NCBI GenBank assembly: GCA_963762255.1
Contig: CAVXKA010000001.1
Coordinates: 448,001-512,000 of the forward strand
Direction: 5' to 3'
Source of the DNA: Candidatus Eiseniibacteriota bacterium
Lineage (GTDB): Bacteria; Eisenbacteria; RBG-16-71-46; JABDJR01
Length of the DNA: 64,000 nucleotides
Shown here piece after piece: positions 18,714-29,106 of the stretch (its first letter is position 1; each line of letters starts with the position of its first letter). A program made the position numbers and the translations under genes. The notes beneath the pieces are model-generated. The model saw only the letters and a program-made list of their open reading frames with translations, searched no databases and was not told the DNA's origin.

Positions 18714-19340
18714 CTCCCTGGCTCAGCGCCATGGCTCGCAGGTCGAGCTCACCCCTGTAGAGCAATTTCGTCCGACAGACCCGCGGGGAATTTCCCCCTC
18801 CGGCTACCAGCCGTTGTCAATCACGCCGTCGTTTCGGAATAGCATGGCTCCCCTTCTCAATCAGCAATGGTCTCTCGGTGCATAAGCAGGAAGGGCGCAG
18901 TACCCACCACCCATGCTGATAGTATTCTAACATAAACACGTGCGGCCTTTGTCGATCACCTTTCAGAGCGCTCAACTCCAGCCCGCAATTCACGCTTCAA
19001 GACGGCGGGTAGGATGCAACCCACTCGCGTGTTCGTCAAGCAAGAATGTAACGCAGAAGTCCTTCCTGACGCTTTAGGTATCGGAAGCGGACAGCCGGCT
19101 TGTTACCCCGTCGAAGCTGCGCACATTCCCAGCAATGGTCCAACAGCCGGTTCGTTGGAGCGGTCCAATGCGAACATCCTCCTGGCTATGAGCCACTGCG
19201 GCTAACTTCCAGTCGGGGCGGACAAGGCGCTACCGGTCCGCTGATCAATGACCATTTGTCGGCGGACCCAAGCCCGGATGGCAACTTCCCCTTGACCCCG
19301 TCGCGTCTCGGCTCCCCAATGGGGTCTGGAGGTTGACGTT

Positions 19341-19925
19341 ATGCCGTATTTGTCACCACCTACGCTCACTCGCTCCGAACAGGCCGCCCTGCTCCAAGCA
19401 AGCTCGGTTCACCCCCGCGATCACCTCGCCTTCTCCCTCGCCCTCGGCACCGGACTGAGGCTCGCGGAGATCGTCGGCCTCAACGTCGGCGATGTGTTCA
19501 GCGCCGACGGCAAGCCACGAAGCCGCATCCGTCTTCGCCGCGAGATCGCCAAGGGCGGCCGCGCCGGCGACGTGTTCCTGCCGGACGCGCTGGGGCCGAA
19601 GCTCGTGCGGTTCTGGGGGTACAAGGTGCGGTCGGGTGAATCCCTGTCGCCATCGTCACCCCTCCTCTGCAACCAGTCCGGTCTAAGGATTTCCAAACGC
19701 CGCGTCCAAATGACATTCAAGACCTGGCAGGTGCGCGCGGGGTTCGATCGGATCTATGGCTTCCATGCGATGAGACATTCGGCGATAACTTCTGTCTACC
19801 GCATGTCCCGCGATCTCTTCCTCGCGCAACGGTTCGCAAGGCACGCGAGCCCGATGACCACCACCGTCTACACCCACATCGGTGATGAAGAACTCATGCA
19901 GGGCATCCGAACTTTGAACTGCTAG
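19341..19925 (+). CDS. Short, catalytic-domain-only tyrosine recombinase
   Basis: GGAGG RBS; GTGLRLAEI (R), AKGG (K), FHAMRH (HxxR), ARHAS, TTVY (Y); 194 aa; no IntI patch. Confidence 0.9.
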   Translation: MPYLSPPTLTRSEQAALLQASSVHPRDHLAFSLALGTGLRLAEIVGLNVGDVFSADGKPRSRIRLRREIAKGGRAGDVFLPDALGPKLVRFWGYKVRSGESLSPSSPLLCNQSGLRISKRRVQMTFKTWQVRAGFDRIYGFHAMRHSAITSVYRMSRDLFLAQRFARHASPMTTTVYTHIGDEELMQGIRTLNC

Positions 19926-20383
19926 CCGCCCACGGCCAGTGGTAGAATTCATGGTCCTGAGTGGTGACGAGCTTCATTGCTGCCCACCGATTCCCCCAGG
20001 TTGGGGCATCACTCGGGAACGCCGGGCCTAGCTCACGCTGGGCCCGTTCGTTATGGCGGCCACCAGTTACATGTCCACTGGATGCCGAGGGATGCGTAGC
20101 GGCACTGCGCCAAGGTCCCTATGCTGGCGAGTGTGGTTGCGGGCAGCGATGCCTTCACAAACCGACTTGCCAGGCTCTCCGGAGGATTGACAGGTTCGCC
20201 TGCAGTCCAGATGCCCAGTCAGGGCCATGTCTGTACGTGGTACGCGTACGGCGGCAGCGGGAACCAACAACTCACTGCTATCGGATCAGACCAGTGGACG
20301 GCCACGTTCTGGGTTCTCGCCCCCCGTGCTGCCTGATAGGATGGCGTCCTTAGGTTCCGTGACTGGACTAGTTGGGGGTAACA

Positions 20384-23300
20384 ATGGCCGACGGTACTCA
20401 CGAGCAAACAATCAATGCGGCGCTAGGGGAAGTGCTCGCCGGCCTCATCCATGGATGGAGGGTCAGCGCAGAGAGAATCGGTGGGGTCGTTGAGCGCGGG
20501 GGCCGTCCTGACATTCTGGTCGAGGATCAGAGCGGTTGGCCCGTGGTGATAGAGGCAGAGGTAGGAAATCATCGTCAGGCCGAACGGGATGCGCTGGCAA
20601 GGCTTGGCGGTCGTCTGAGCCGCGCCCCCAGGACTATCGAGACTGCGGTGGCCTTGGTGTACCCGGAGGCCCTTCGTCACAAGGACGCCGGAGCACTTCG
20701 GAACGCCATCCTGTCAGCGCGCTTCGAGTATGCCGTGTTTACCTCGACCACCGACCACAGCGCACAACGATTCCCCCTCTCTGGTTGGCTAAGTGGCGGC
20801 GTTGGCGACCTCGCAATGCTCACCCACCGAGTCAGCGTGCCACCTTCGCGAGTCGAAGCCCTTGCAGTAGCGCTCGAGGGAGGTGTGAACCGGGCCGAGG
20901 GTTACTTGTCGGCACAACATCCGCACGGATCCCCGATCGGGAGCCGCGTCGCTGGAGCCCTTGGGCAAGTGGACGACGAAGCCGGTCAGAGCCGCAAGAT
21001 GGCGTTGACAGTAGTCACCAACGCCCTTGTCTTTCACGCGGCTCTTGCCGAAGCAAGCATGCTCGTTCCGGATGTCAGGACCAGGAGAGACCGTCCGGTA
21101 AAGTCGCCAATAGCATTCCGGGTGAATGCGGCATTCCGCCCGACCCCCTTGCTTGACGAGTGGGCCGCGATACTCATCGTGAACTACTGGCCCATATTCC
21201 ACACGGCCAGCACGGTCCTTCGCGAACTGCCCACGCGATCGGCTGCCGCGATTCTGGATACTCTCTGGCAGACTTCCGAAGATCTGATTGCCGGAGGAGT
21301 GACCAAGTCTCATGACTTGACCGGGGTCATTTTTCAGCGCTTGATTGCCGATCGCAAATTTCTGGCCACTTTCTATACAAGACCGGCCGCAGCCGCTCTA
21401 CTTGCCGGCTTAGCCTTGCCGGTCCATCGCCCACTGGCGGGCGCGACTTGGGAGAGTACGAAGGATCTTTCCGCAGTCCGGATTGGCGATTTTGCCTGCG
21501 GTACAGGCACTCTGCTGTCGACAGCATACCAGCGACTCAGTCTTCTGCATGAGATTCACGGCGGCGATCCGCAGGCCCTGCACAAGGAAATGATGATGCA
21601 CGGCCTTGTGGGGCTGGATGTACTGAATGTTGCAGTACACCTAACCGCAGCGATGCTGGCTGGCACGCATCCCGATACTCCGTTTGCTGGAGAGTGTCTG
21701 TTGACCATGCCGTATGGAACCCACGAGTGGGGGTGTTCCCTCGGCTCATTGGACTTGCTGGCCGCCCAGATTCCCATCGACTTCATGCAGGCAGCAGCCA
21801 AGACTGCAGGGGGGAAGGGCGAAGAGGATGTACGGGACCTGATGCGCCGGGTCGGACACGGACAGTTTCAGCTTGTAATCATGAATCCACCGTTCACGCG
21901 ACACGGTGCACACGAAGGGGAGAGGATCCGCGTCCATAATCCAGCGTTTGCCGCCTTTGAAGCGGATGAGACGGAGCAAGATGCGCTTGCGCGACATCTC
22001 AAGCGGCTCGCAAAGGGAAGTTGTGCGCACGGACATGCCGGGATGGCCTCCTACTTCGTGGAGCTTGCCCATCGGAAACTCGCTCCCTCCGGTGTCGTAG
22101 CCCTCGTGCTGCCGATGAGTGCCATGAGTGGCCAAGCCTGGGAAGGTGTCCGCGTGCTTCTACGGGATAAGTACGACAGCATCCTCGTCGTGTCTATCGC
22201 GGAGCGAAAGAGCTTCTCACGGTCATTCTCAGCAGACACTGGCATGGCAGAGTGCTTGGTACTGGCCGTACGTTCCAAGCCGAGGGGGCGCATCAAACGT
22301 GCGCATTTTGCCGTACTCGATGGGCAGCCGCAGACGACCCTTGAGGGCGATTTGATCGCAGCGGCGATCACTGCGGCGATTTCATCCGACGACGTGAGGA
22401 AGCTGGAGGATGGTCCCTTTGGCGGGACTCGTGTTTCGCTAGGAAGTACAGAGGTCGGCGAGGTCATCGACTGCCCCCTTCCACATGAGGGGGGGTGGCC
22501 AATGGTCGGGGTCAACGGGGTGAGCCTCGGACAGACAGCATACCAAGTGAGCCAGGGGCGGCTCTGGATTGAAGGCACAGCATTCGAGCAGGCGCCGGAT
22601 CTTCCGGTAGCAGCGATCGCGGACATCGGCGCCCGAATGGGTCCACACCACTTGGACATATCAGGCGCCATGCTCAAGGGGGACGGACTGCCCCAGGGCC
22701 CCTTCTCCGTGCACCCGGGCATGCCTCCCGGCGCCGGTTATCCCGCCCTCTGGAATCATGACGCGGACAGAGAGCGCACGCTCGTAGTTACTCCCGATTC
22801 TCATTGCCAAGTCCGTGACATTGGCGGGCAAATACCTCAACGACTTCAAGAACGTGCCGCGATGAGGTGGGCCACGGCCACGCGAGCACACTACAACCAG
22901 GATCTACAATTCAATTCACAGTCGTTGATAGTCGCGATGACCGAGCGTCCGTGCATTGGTGGGCGGGCATGGCCTTCAGTCATCTTTGACGCACCCGATC
23001 ACGAATTCGCATTTGCTCTCTGGTGCAATTCAACACTCGGGCTACTGTGCCACTGGTGGCAATCAAACAAGTCACAATCTGGCCGAGGAACGACGACGGT
23101 CACCAGCGTCCCGCTTTTCGCGACTCTGGATGTTCGAGCCCTGAGTAAGAAGCAGCATGCGGCCGCCAAGGCAGCCTACAATGCCATGTCACATCTTCGC
23201 TTCCTGCCCTTTGATCAGGTAGACGAAGACCCCGCACGAGCCGAACTCGATCGCCATCTCTTGGTGGATGTACTGGGCTTGAGCGGGCGGTTCTGTCACT

Positions 23301-23425
23301 CGCACGGACCTCTGGCATTGCTCCGCCAGAAGCTTGCGGCGGAGCCACAGATTCAGGGGGGAAAACGAACGCGAGTCGTCTTCACGAGGAATGGGGAGAC
23401 TAGTGAACCAAGGTCCGACCGTTGA
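20384..23425 (+). CDS. Type IIG-like restriction-modification fusion (PD-(D/E)xK REase + N6-MTase + TRD)
   Basis: RPDILV..VVIEAE nuclease motif; FYTRP; motif I DFACGTGTLL; motif IV MNPPF; ~1010 aa. Confidence 0.85.
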   Translation: MADGTHEQTINAALGEVLAGLIHGWRVSAERIGGVVERGGRPDILVEDQSGWPVVIEAEVGNHRQAERDALARLGGRLSRAPRTIETAVALVYPEALRHKDAGALRNAILSARFEYAVFTSTTDHSAQRFPLSGWLSGGVGDLAMLTHRVSVPPSRVEALAVALEGGVNRAEGYLSAQHPHGSPIGSRVAGALGQVDDEAGQSRKMALTVVTNALVFHAALAEASMLVPDVRTRRDRPVKSPIAFRVNAAFRPTPLLDEWAAILIVNYWPIFHTASTVLRELPTRSAAAILDTLWQTSEDLIAGGVTKSHDLTGVIFQRLIADRKFLATFYTRPAAAALLAGLALPVHRPLAGATWESTKDLSAVRIGDFACGTGTLLSTAYQRLSLLHEIHGGDPQALHKEMMMHGLVGLDVLNVAVHLTAAMLAGTHPDTPFAGECLLTMPYGTHEWGCSLGSLDLLAAQIPIDFMQAAAKTAGGKGEEDVRDLMRRVGHGQFQLVIMNPPFTRHGAHEGERIRVHNPAFAAFEADETEQDALARHLKRLAKGSCAHGHAGMASYFVELAHRKLAPSGVVALVLPMSAMSGQAWEGVRVLLRDKYDSILVVSIAERKSFSRSFSADTGMAECLVLAVRSKPRGRIKRAHFAVLDGQPQTTLEGDLIAAAITAAISSDDVRKLEDGPFGGTRVSLGSTEVGEVIDCPLPHEGGWPMVGVNGVSLGQTAYQVSQGRLWIEGTAFEQAPDLPVAAIADIGARMGPHHLDISGAMLKGDGLPQGPFSVHPGMPPGAGYPALWNHDADRERTLVVTPDSHCQVRDIGGQIPQRLQERAAMRWATATRAHYNQDLQFNSQSLIVAMTERPCIGGRAWPSVIFDAPDHEFAFALWCNSTLGLLCHWWQSNKSQSGRGTTTVTSVPLFATLDVRALSKKQHAAAKAAYNAMSHLRFLPFDQVDEDPARAELDRHLLVDVLGLSGRFCHSHGPLALLRQKLAAEPQIQGGKRTRVVFTRNGETSEPRSDR

Positions 23426-23544
23426 CCTCGCACGCCGCGCGTATCGTTGGGAGGGTCATCCGAGTGCAAGACGGGGCATCTTCCCGGAATCGCGACCCAT
23501 CGCTTGCTTACTGACCCAGGCCAAGGAGGAGCGCCGGCAGAGAT

Positions 23545-23712
23545 CTATCGCTTCTCTTTTCTCTTGGACTTCTCTTCGGACCGTCCACTGATCGTCCAGA
23601 CTTTCTTGTCGACCGCCCGCTTCGCCCAGTCAGGTGCCCGGTCAGCAACCCGGTCAATACCATCCCAAAAGTCCTTGCTGTCCTGCCGTTGCGACTTCGT
23701 GTTCTGCTTCAT
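23545..23712 (-). CDS. 55-aa micro-ORF translationally coupled to the dCTP deaminase
   Basis: ATG overlaps the deaminase TGA (ATGA); MKQNTKSQRQDSKDFWDGIDRVADRAPDWAKRAVDKKVWTISGRSEEKSKRKEKR; below ORF-track cutoff. Confidence 0.5.
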   Translation of the reverse strand: MKQNTKSQRQDSKDFWDGIDRVADRAPDWAKRAVDKKVWTISGRSEEKSKRKEKR

Positions 23713-25199
23713 CGTGATTCAGCTCTCAATTTCCTAAGAATACGCGCAGCAGCAGTTTCACGTTCAGAATAGGCTGTTGCCGCCTCATGCATCCTTACCT
23801 GCCACTTACTCTTGACGAGTTTACCATCTCTAGCTTTGCGCTTCAACGGCCCATCTGGCCCAGTCTTCATGGAGAAGAGGGTTGCGTACCTGCTCGGTGC
23901 CACCCCGATGAAAGGTTCCAAGACCACAAGGGGCCTCTGATGGGCGTCTGCCACAGTAGGTCGTCCCTCCAATGTGACTGCATCCGCATGGAGCTCGGCT
24001 GCGAGGCTCTTTGGGTACGGCTCGATGTAGACGACGTGCTCGATCCCAGCAGCAACGATGTGCTTTGCACAGTTGTGACAAGGAAACGTCGTGCAGTAGA
24101 GAGACGTTCCTTTGACGGGTATTCCTACTCGACTGGCCGCCAGTACAGCCGCCACCTCAGCATGAACAGCCCGCCCGAATTCGGTCAGGCTGACCAGCCT
24201 ACTGCCGGACAGCGCCACTTCAAGCTCCGCGATGTTACCTGTTGGGCGCCTCTTCCGGTTTGATTTGGCACTCTTGGGCCATTTCTGATGTAGCTCGGCG
24301 AGAAGCCCAAGAATCTGGACTCTGTTCGAATCATGGCCCAGCTCAACATCTCGCTTCCGGTACTCGTCAGTACACCAGTACTGTCCCCCTCCGGCCTTGG
24401 GAACTTCATTGCAGCCGACACTTATGACATCGCCGTCTCCATTGAGAATCGCGGCCCCCACCTGTCGCGACAGGTCTGCGGATCGTAACCCTGCGGCTTG
24501 GGCCAAGAACATGCCGTACTCGTCGATGTTGGGAGATAGGACAGCCGCCCCGCCAAGCAGGGACATGAAGCGGTCTAGCGAGCTTTTCACAGATTCCACA
24601 TTGGCGCTGCTAACGAAAACATCGGAAAGATGAAAGGTGTCTCGTACTTGCTGCCCCCACTTAATATCCTCTGCCTGATCGCGCTTGATGAGTGTGTCTA
24701 CCTCTCCTCCCGATATGCCGGAACTGCCCAAGGCAGCGCGGCGCTCCTTCTCGCTCGCGTGCACGCCAATGAGCCAAAAAGAGTCTCCGTATATGTCCCG
24801 CAACGTCTGTACTTCCGCGTGGTGCTTCAGTTGCCGGACAATGTACGCCCGTTTGCGGCGCTTAAATGGATCAGCCGTCCTCGCGCGCTCAGCGATAACT
24901 CCAGCCGCGAGAAGGGCCAATACATCTTCGCGGCCGGTGATCTTGCGGAGTTCATTGCCTTGATCCATCAATCCCATGATTCTCTGATACTCCCGCGTCC
25001 CTTTGTGCTTTCTCTGTCTGGAGGGCCAGCGCGAGTGAGCCAGGGATTCACTCAATCGAATGTACTCAACTGGGTACTTCACGGTGCCCAGAAACGCAGC
25101 CAGGGCCTGCACCGCCAAGTCGACACGCGCCCCAACTGCGGATGTTAGACCAATGATCAGTTCCGGTTCCTTGGCATCCAGTGACGCGATTGTTCGCAT
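23709..25199 (-). CDS. Anti-phage dCTP deaminase (AvcD-like; P-loop kinase-like + deaminase)
   Basis: ELIIGL...G, RQLKH..EV..LR.IYG, SADLSRQVGA, EFGRAVHAE, TTFPCHNC, YIEPYPKS. Confidence 0.92.
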   Translation of the reverse strand: MRTIASLDAKEPELIIGLTSAVGARVDLAVQALAAFLGTVKYPVEYIRLSESLAHSRWPSRQRKHKGTREYQRIMGLMDQGNELRKITGREDVLALLAAGVIAERARTADPFKRRKRAYIVRQLKHHAEVQTLRDIYGDSFWLIGVHASEKERRAALGSSGISGGEVDTLIKRDQAEDIKWGQQVRDTFHLSDVFVSSANVESVKSSLDRFMSLLGGAAVLSPNIDEYGMFLAQAAGLRSADLSRQVGAAILNGDGDVISVGCNEVPKAGGGQYWCTDEYRKRDVELGHDSNRVQILGLLAELHQKWPKSAKSNRKRRPTGNIAELEVALSGSRLVSLTEFGRAVHAEVAAVLAASRVGIPVKGTSLYCTTFPCHNCAKHIVAAGIEHVVYIEPYPKSLAAELHADAVTLEGRPTVADAHQRPLVVLEPFIGVAPSRYATLFSMKTGPDGPLKRKARDGKLVKSKWQVRMHEAATAYSERETAAARILRKLRAESR

Positions 25200-25556
25200 G
25201 GTGTCTCCTGTGGGCGCTCACTTTGCGTCGTGGACTTCAGGACTCGTCGAGACGCGCTACGCCAGGACGATGCGCGGAGTCAGGCGGCTCCTCGGCCGAC
25301 GCCGGGGCGTCTGGAGAATACCAATAGATCGCATACTCTCATCGGCCGTTGCGCTTCAAGAGGACGGTTCCTCAGGGGCGCTGCTTCCCCGCCCTTACAG
25401 ACCAGTACACCACTCACCTGTGTAGTCCACAGCGCCTCCAGTTTGCGGTAGCCGGTCAGCAGTCACGTCCGCCCCTCGGGACTCACTTTCATCGACTAGA
25501 CTGGTCCTGGCAATCGACAGTTCTTCTTTGTGTCAGAAGACGACATGTCGCAACGG

Positions 25557-25882
25557 GGGCATTTCGGGGTCAGTTCTGGGCCGTCCGGGACGCGGCAGGG
25601 GCCGCTAATGGGCATTTCAGGGGCAGTTTTTGGCCTGTTTTTTCGCCTCTGGCGAGGCCGCAGGTGAAGCCGAACACGCCTTAGTCTATATATTTCAAAT
25701 AGTTACGCGATCCAGTCCTCGGCCGCCTAATGGGCATTTCGGGGTCCGACCCCGAAAACGATGCCCATTACGGGGGGTCTACGCCAGGGTCCATGCCGCG
25801 AAATCGCCATCAGCGGAAAGGCCGATGCCGTTTTTCGGGCTCTTTCTCCTGGGGCCACGCCCATTACAGGCCCCTTTCGGGG
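25557..25882. repeat. Cluster of direct and inverted TAATGGGCATTTC(GGGG) repeats around an AT-rich IHF-like site
   Basis: Copies at 25557, 25606, 25728, inverted at ~25761 and ~25859; hairpin 25728-25770; TTTCAAATAGTTA at ~25693. Confidence 0.65.
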
Positions 25883-26237
25883 GTCCGGATGCCCCTGTTT
25901 GGATCTCCTTAGAGGGCCGACGGGAACGCGTCACCGAGCGACGAGATCGCGTCGACACTGTCACCCGAGGCATGACTGCACCGCCGCAGGACCGACAAAG
26001 CACCATTCTCCGTAGCCCAGCGTGGTGGGCACGTAAGCGATTGTGGAATAATCGTTTATAGGCGTGACGGAGCCAGCGCGAACCCCTTAGGCGCATGCGC
26101 TGACACTCGACACTCCCCCAGATAGGCAACCTTCCCACCGTCAGGTGCCTGTTCGACAAAACACGCGTTGTGACATTGTGGGTACTGGATGTGAAAATAG
26201 GGTTGTGCATGCGCCCAGTCTCTGGTACCGTCTCTGC

Positions 26238-27125
26238 GTGGTCATTTCTAAGAGCAGTTACCCCACGAGTGTTCTGACCCCGGAGGAGTGCGAGAGGCTC
26301 GTCCTCGCGTTCTCTGAGAAGTCGACCTCGGGTGCTCGCAACCGCGCCATCGTGTCGTTGGCTTGGCGTGGCGGACTCCGTCATAGCGAGTTGGTGGCTC
26401 TCAAACCGGGTGACTACAACGCCGTGATGAATGAACTCACCGTTTGGAGCACATCGCAAAACGCCGGGCGCAGGATCTCGCTCGACCCGGAGACGAACTT
26501 CTTCTTCGCGCTTTGGATGGGTGAACGCACGGCCCGGCGCAAGCGGTTGAACATCAAGCATGAGCACCCCGTGTTCTGCACGATTGAACGCGGACGCTTC
26601 GGTGAGCCGCTCAGCGAGAACTACATCCGCAACATGATCGATCGGGGTCGGAAGAAGGCGGGCATCTCGAAGAAGGTCTATGCCGAGTCCCTCCGTGACG
26701 CGCGGGCGGTTGAGCTGCGCTACGCAGGATTCAGCCCCATGGCAGCCCTGCACTTCCTTGGCGACCGCAGCTTTCTCGACAACCCGCGTTATGGCCCACT
26801 GCCGGCCGGTGACTTCAGCGGGACTCATCTGGAGAAGACTGCATGGCTGGTGGATCGCCCCAGATTGAAATTCTTGGTACAGGGGATGACCTTGACCCCG
26901 CGAGATCACGAAGACCAGGAACTCACATCGCACGTGCAGTGGACGCAGGTCGTCGCCGATCGAAGCGGCGCAGTCGAACAGTCGTTTAGTCACGAAGAGG
27001 TGCTTTCCAAGTCGCGGTCGGGCGGCACGGTTGAAGAGAAGGTTGATCGTCTAGAGCGTCGAATCGAAGAACTCACCCACGCCATCGAGACGCTCACGCG
27101 CCTCGCGAAGGGAGGCGACTCCTAG
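26238..27125 (+). CDS. Tyrosine recombinase-like protein with altered catalytic motifs and a C-terminal coiled-coil extension
   Basis: GARNRAIV, GGLRHSEL, ESLRD (for HxLRH), LGD (for LGH), PRY; start uncertain (ORF open from 26145). Confidence 0.75.
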   Translation: MVISKSSYPTSVLTPEECERLVLAFSEKSTSGARNRAIVSLAWRGGLRHSELVALKPGDYNAVMNELTVWSTSQNAGRRISLDPETNFFFALWMGERTARRKRLNIKHEHPVFCTIERGRFGEPLSENYIRNMIDRGRKKAGISKKVYAESLRDARAVELRYAGFSPMAALHFLGDRSFLDNPRYGPLPAGDFSGTHLEKTAWLVDRPRLKFLVQGMTLTPRDHEDQELTSHVQWTQVVADRSGAVEQSFSHEEVLSKSRSGGTVEEKVDRLERRIEELTHAIETLTRLAKGGDS

Positions 27126-27304
27126 ATTCATAGGATTGCGAGTAGTGCCCGTTCGTACCCCCGGGCCAGGATCGGATCCACAGCAATCGTACAGAGTGGT
27201 CGCCTCATCGGACTTTCTCTCAGGCCCCACTACGCCCGGCCTTGGGCGTCCCGTTCCACATTCCGCCGACTGCTTCTCCTCGGCGTCGGCGTGGAGGATT
27301 CCTG

Positions 27305-28855
27305 ATGCTTGAATCCGCCCGTGTCACTCCCATGTACCGTGACAAGTACGAACGCGCCCAGGCAGAGGCTAAGCGGTTCGAGGATTGGTGTAAGACGGCG
27401 TGGCGAGAAGACCCATTGCCGTTCTCGTCACGGCCCCGTCCCGGCTTTCCGGTGGGCCTCCTGCCCGATGTTGTACGCGACTTCGTCACCGCGGTGGCAC
27501 AGGCAATAGCTACACCCGTCGACTTACCCGCGGTGGTCGCCTTGGCCGTGTTGTCAACGGCCGCAGCCAAGCGAGTCCGTGTGCGAGTGAGGGCGGGCTG
27601 GACTGAACCCGTCAACCTATACGAAGTACTCGCCATGGAGTCGGGCTCTGGAAAGAGCACGGCCTTCTCTCCCCTCACCGACCCCATCTTTCGCTTTCAG
27701 AAAGAGGCGCGGCGGGAGCAGGCAGCTGAGCTTCCCCGCGTCCGCGCACGACGGCAAGCCGTCGAGGATCAGATTCAGGGGGTGAGGCGCCAGATTGGCA
27801 GGATGGGGTCGAAACCGGCCGAGCTGACCGAGCTCAACGCACGACTTGAGGAGCTCAACGTCAGCTTGGATGCCCTCCCCATGCCGGTCTCGCCTTTGTT
27901 CATAACGGAGGACGCGACACCCGAAGCCCTCGCAACAGCCATCTATGAGCACGGTGAACGCATGGCGGTATTGAGCGCAGAGGGCGGCGAGGTCGTGGAG
28001 ATCATGGATGGCCGGTATGCCAAGAACCCCAACATCGGGATCTACCTCAAGGCCTACACGGGGGACCGGACGACCATCCTGCGACGAGGACGGGAAGAGT
28101 GCCTCGAGCAGCCGATTCTGACCCTCTTGCTGACCGTCCAGCCCGCAGTCATTCCCCAGATGATCAAGAACGAACACTTCAAAGAGCGTGGACTCCTGGG
28201 ACGGGTCCTGTACTCCATACCACAGAGCACGCTGGGCCACCGGGAATTCAGCCGACCGCCCGTTCCCCCAGAGGCCCGAGAACGCTACAGCACCGTCGTC
28301 ACGCAACTCATGAGCATGAGCGAGACGATCGAACTCGACGTATCCAATGCGGCCCTCGCCGAGTTGTGCGCCTTTCATGACTCTGTTGAACCGCGCCTCG
28401 ATCGGCACACGGGCGACTTGGCCTACATGCAGGAATGGGCGGCCCGCATGCCGGGTTTCGCGGTTCGCATCGCGGGTCTTCTCCACGTCGCCGACTGCGG
28501 CGGCACGGAGATCCAGGGCACGACGATGCACCGCGCCGTGCGGCTTGTGCAGGAGTACTTCCTTCCCCACGCGCAGCTTGCCCACGAAGTTGTGTTTCTG
28601 GATGAGCGACTGGCCGGAGCGAAGGACCTGCTGGAAGTGATCCGGTCCAAGGGCTGGTCCTTGTTCACGGGACGGATGCTGCATCAGGCGGTGAGGGGCC
28701 AGACCCGGTTTCACAAGCGGGAACCGGTAACCCAAGCGCTCGAAGTCATGGAGCAGCGCAACTACGTGAAGGTGATCCCCGGGAAGAAGGACGAATGGAT
28801 GGTGCATCCCCGATGGTTGGCCGGGGAGTGCGCAGAAGAAAGTGAGGATCTCTGA
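27305..28855 (+). CDS. DUF3987/YfjI-family P-loop replication (helicase-like) protein
   Basis: GGAGG RBS before ATG 27305; W.EPVNLY, SGSGKST, DATPEAL, SAEGG, RGLLGR. Confidence 0.85.
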   Translation: MLESARVTPMYRDKYERAQAEAKRFEDWCKTAWREDPLPFSSRPRPGFPVGLLPDVVRDFVTAVAQAIATPVDLPAVVALAVLSTAAAKRVRVRVRAGWTEPVNLYEVLAMESGSGKSTAFSPLTDPIFRFQKEARREQAAELPRVRARRQAVEDQIQGVRRQIGRMGSKPAELTELNARLEELNVSLDALPMPVSPLFITEDATPEALATAIYEHGERMAVLSAEGGEVVEIMDGRYAKNPNIGIYLKAYTGDRTTILRRGREECLEQPILTLLLTVQPAVIPQMIKNEHFKERGLLGRVLYSIPQSTLGHREFSRPPVPPEARERYSTVVTQLMSMSETIELDVSNAALAELCAFHDSVEPRLDRHTGDLAYMQEWAARMPGFAVRIAGLLHVADCGGTEIQGTTMHRAVRLVQEYFLPHAQLAHEVVFLDERLAGAKDLLEVIRSKGWSLFTGRMLHQAVRGQTRFHKREPVTQALEVMEQRNYVKVIPGKKDEWMVHPRWLAGECAEESEDL

Positions 28856-29050
28856 GCATGACTGAGACGGTTGGACATTCTCACGGAAGTCATGGGTCCG
28901 TAGGCAGTTGGCTCTCGTTGAGCATGTTGAGCATGCTGAGCCGCTTCGGGGAACAGGAGAGTGAAGTACTTACTCTTACTCTCTCTGAATCTACCGGTCC
29001 CCGCGCGGGGGATGGCATTCTCAACATCCTCAATTCCGGCAATCTCAATC
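28853..29050. repeat. Short iteron-like repeats (GTTGAGCAT) just after the DUF3987 gene
   Basis: Tandem GTTGAGCAT-GTTGAGCAT-GCTGAGC 28917-28941, TGAGCATG at 28853, inverted CTCAACATC/CTCAAT at 29020-29050. Confidence 0.5.
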
Positions 29051-29106
29051 GCGGATTGACGTTGGGTGAGTACCGCCACCCACTCAGGACATCTCACCCC
29101 ATTCTC

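Noticed and set aside
18720-19330. Coding gene between the TM protein and the short recombinase
   Set aside because: Only short ORFs without motifs; possibly a decayed fragment, not supportable
16380-25370. Further attC-like remnants near 16425, 19200-19265, 20262-20377 and 25255-25370
   Set aside because: Only single core-like heptamers with poor arm pairing; would need a covariance-model hit
19341-27125. Either tyrosine recombinase as the integron integrase IntI
   Set aside because: Both lack the IntI-specific insertion and typical length, and they lie more than 10 kb from the array with no attI seen
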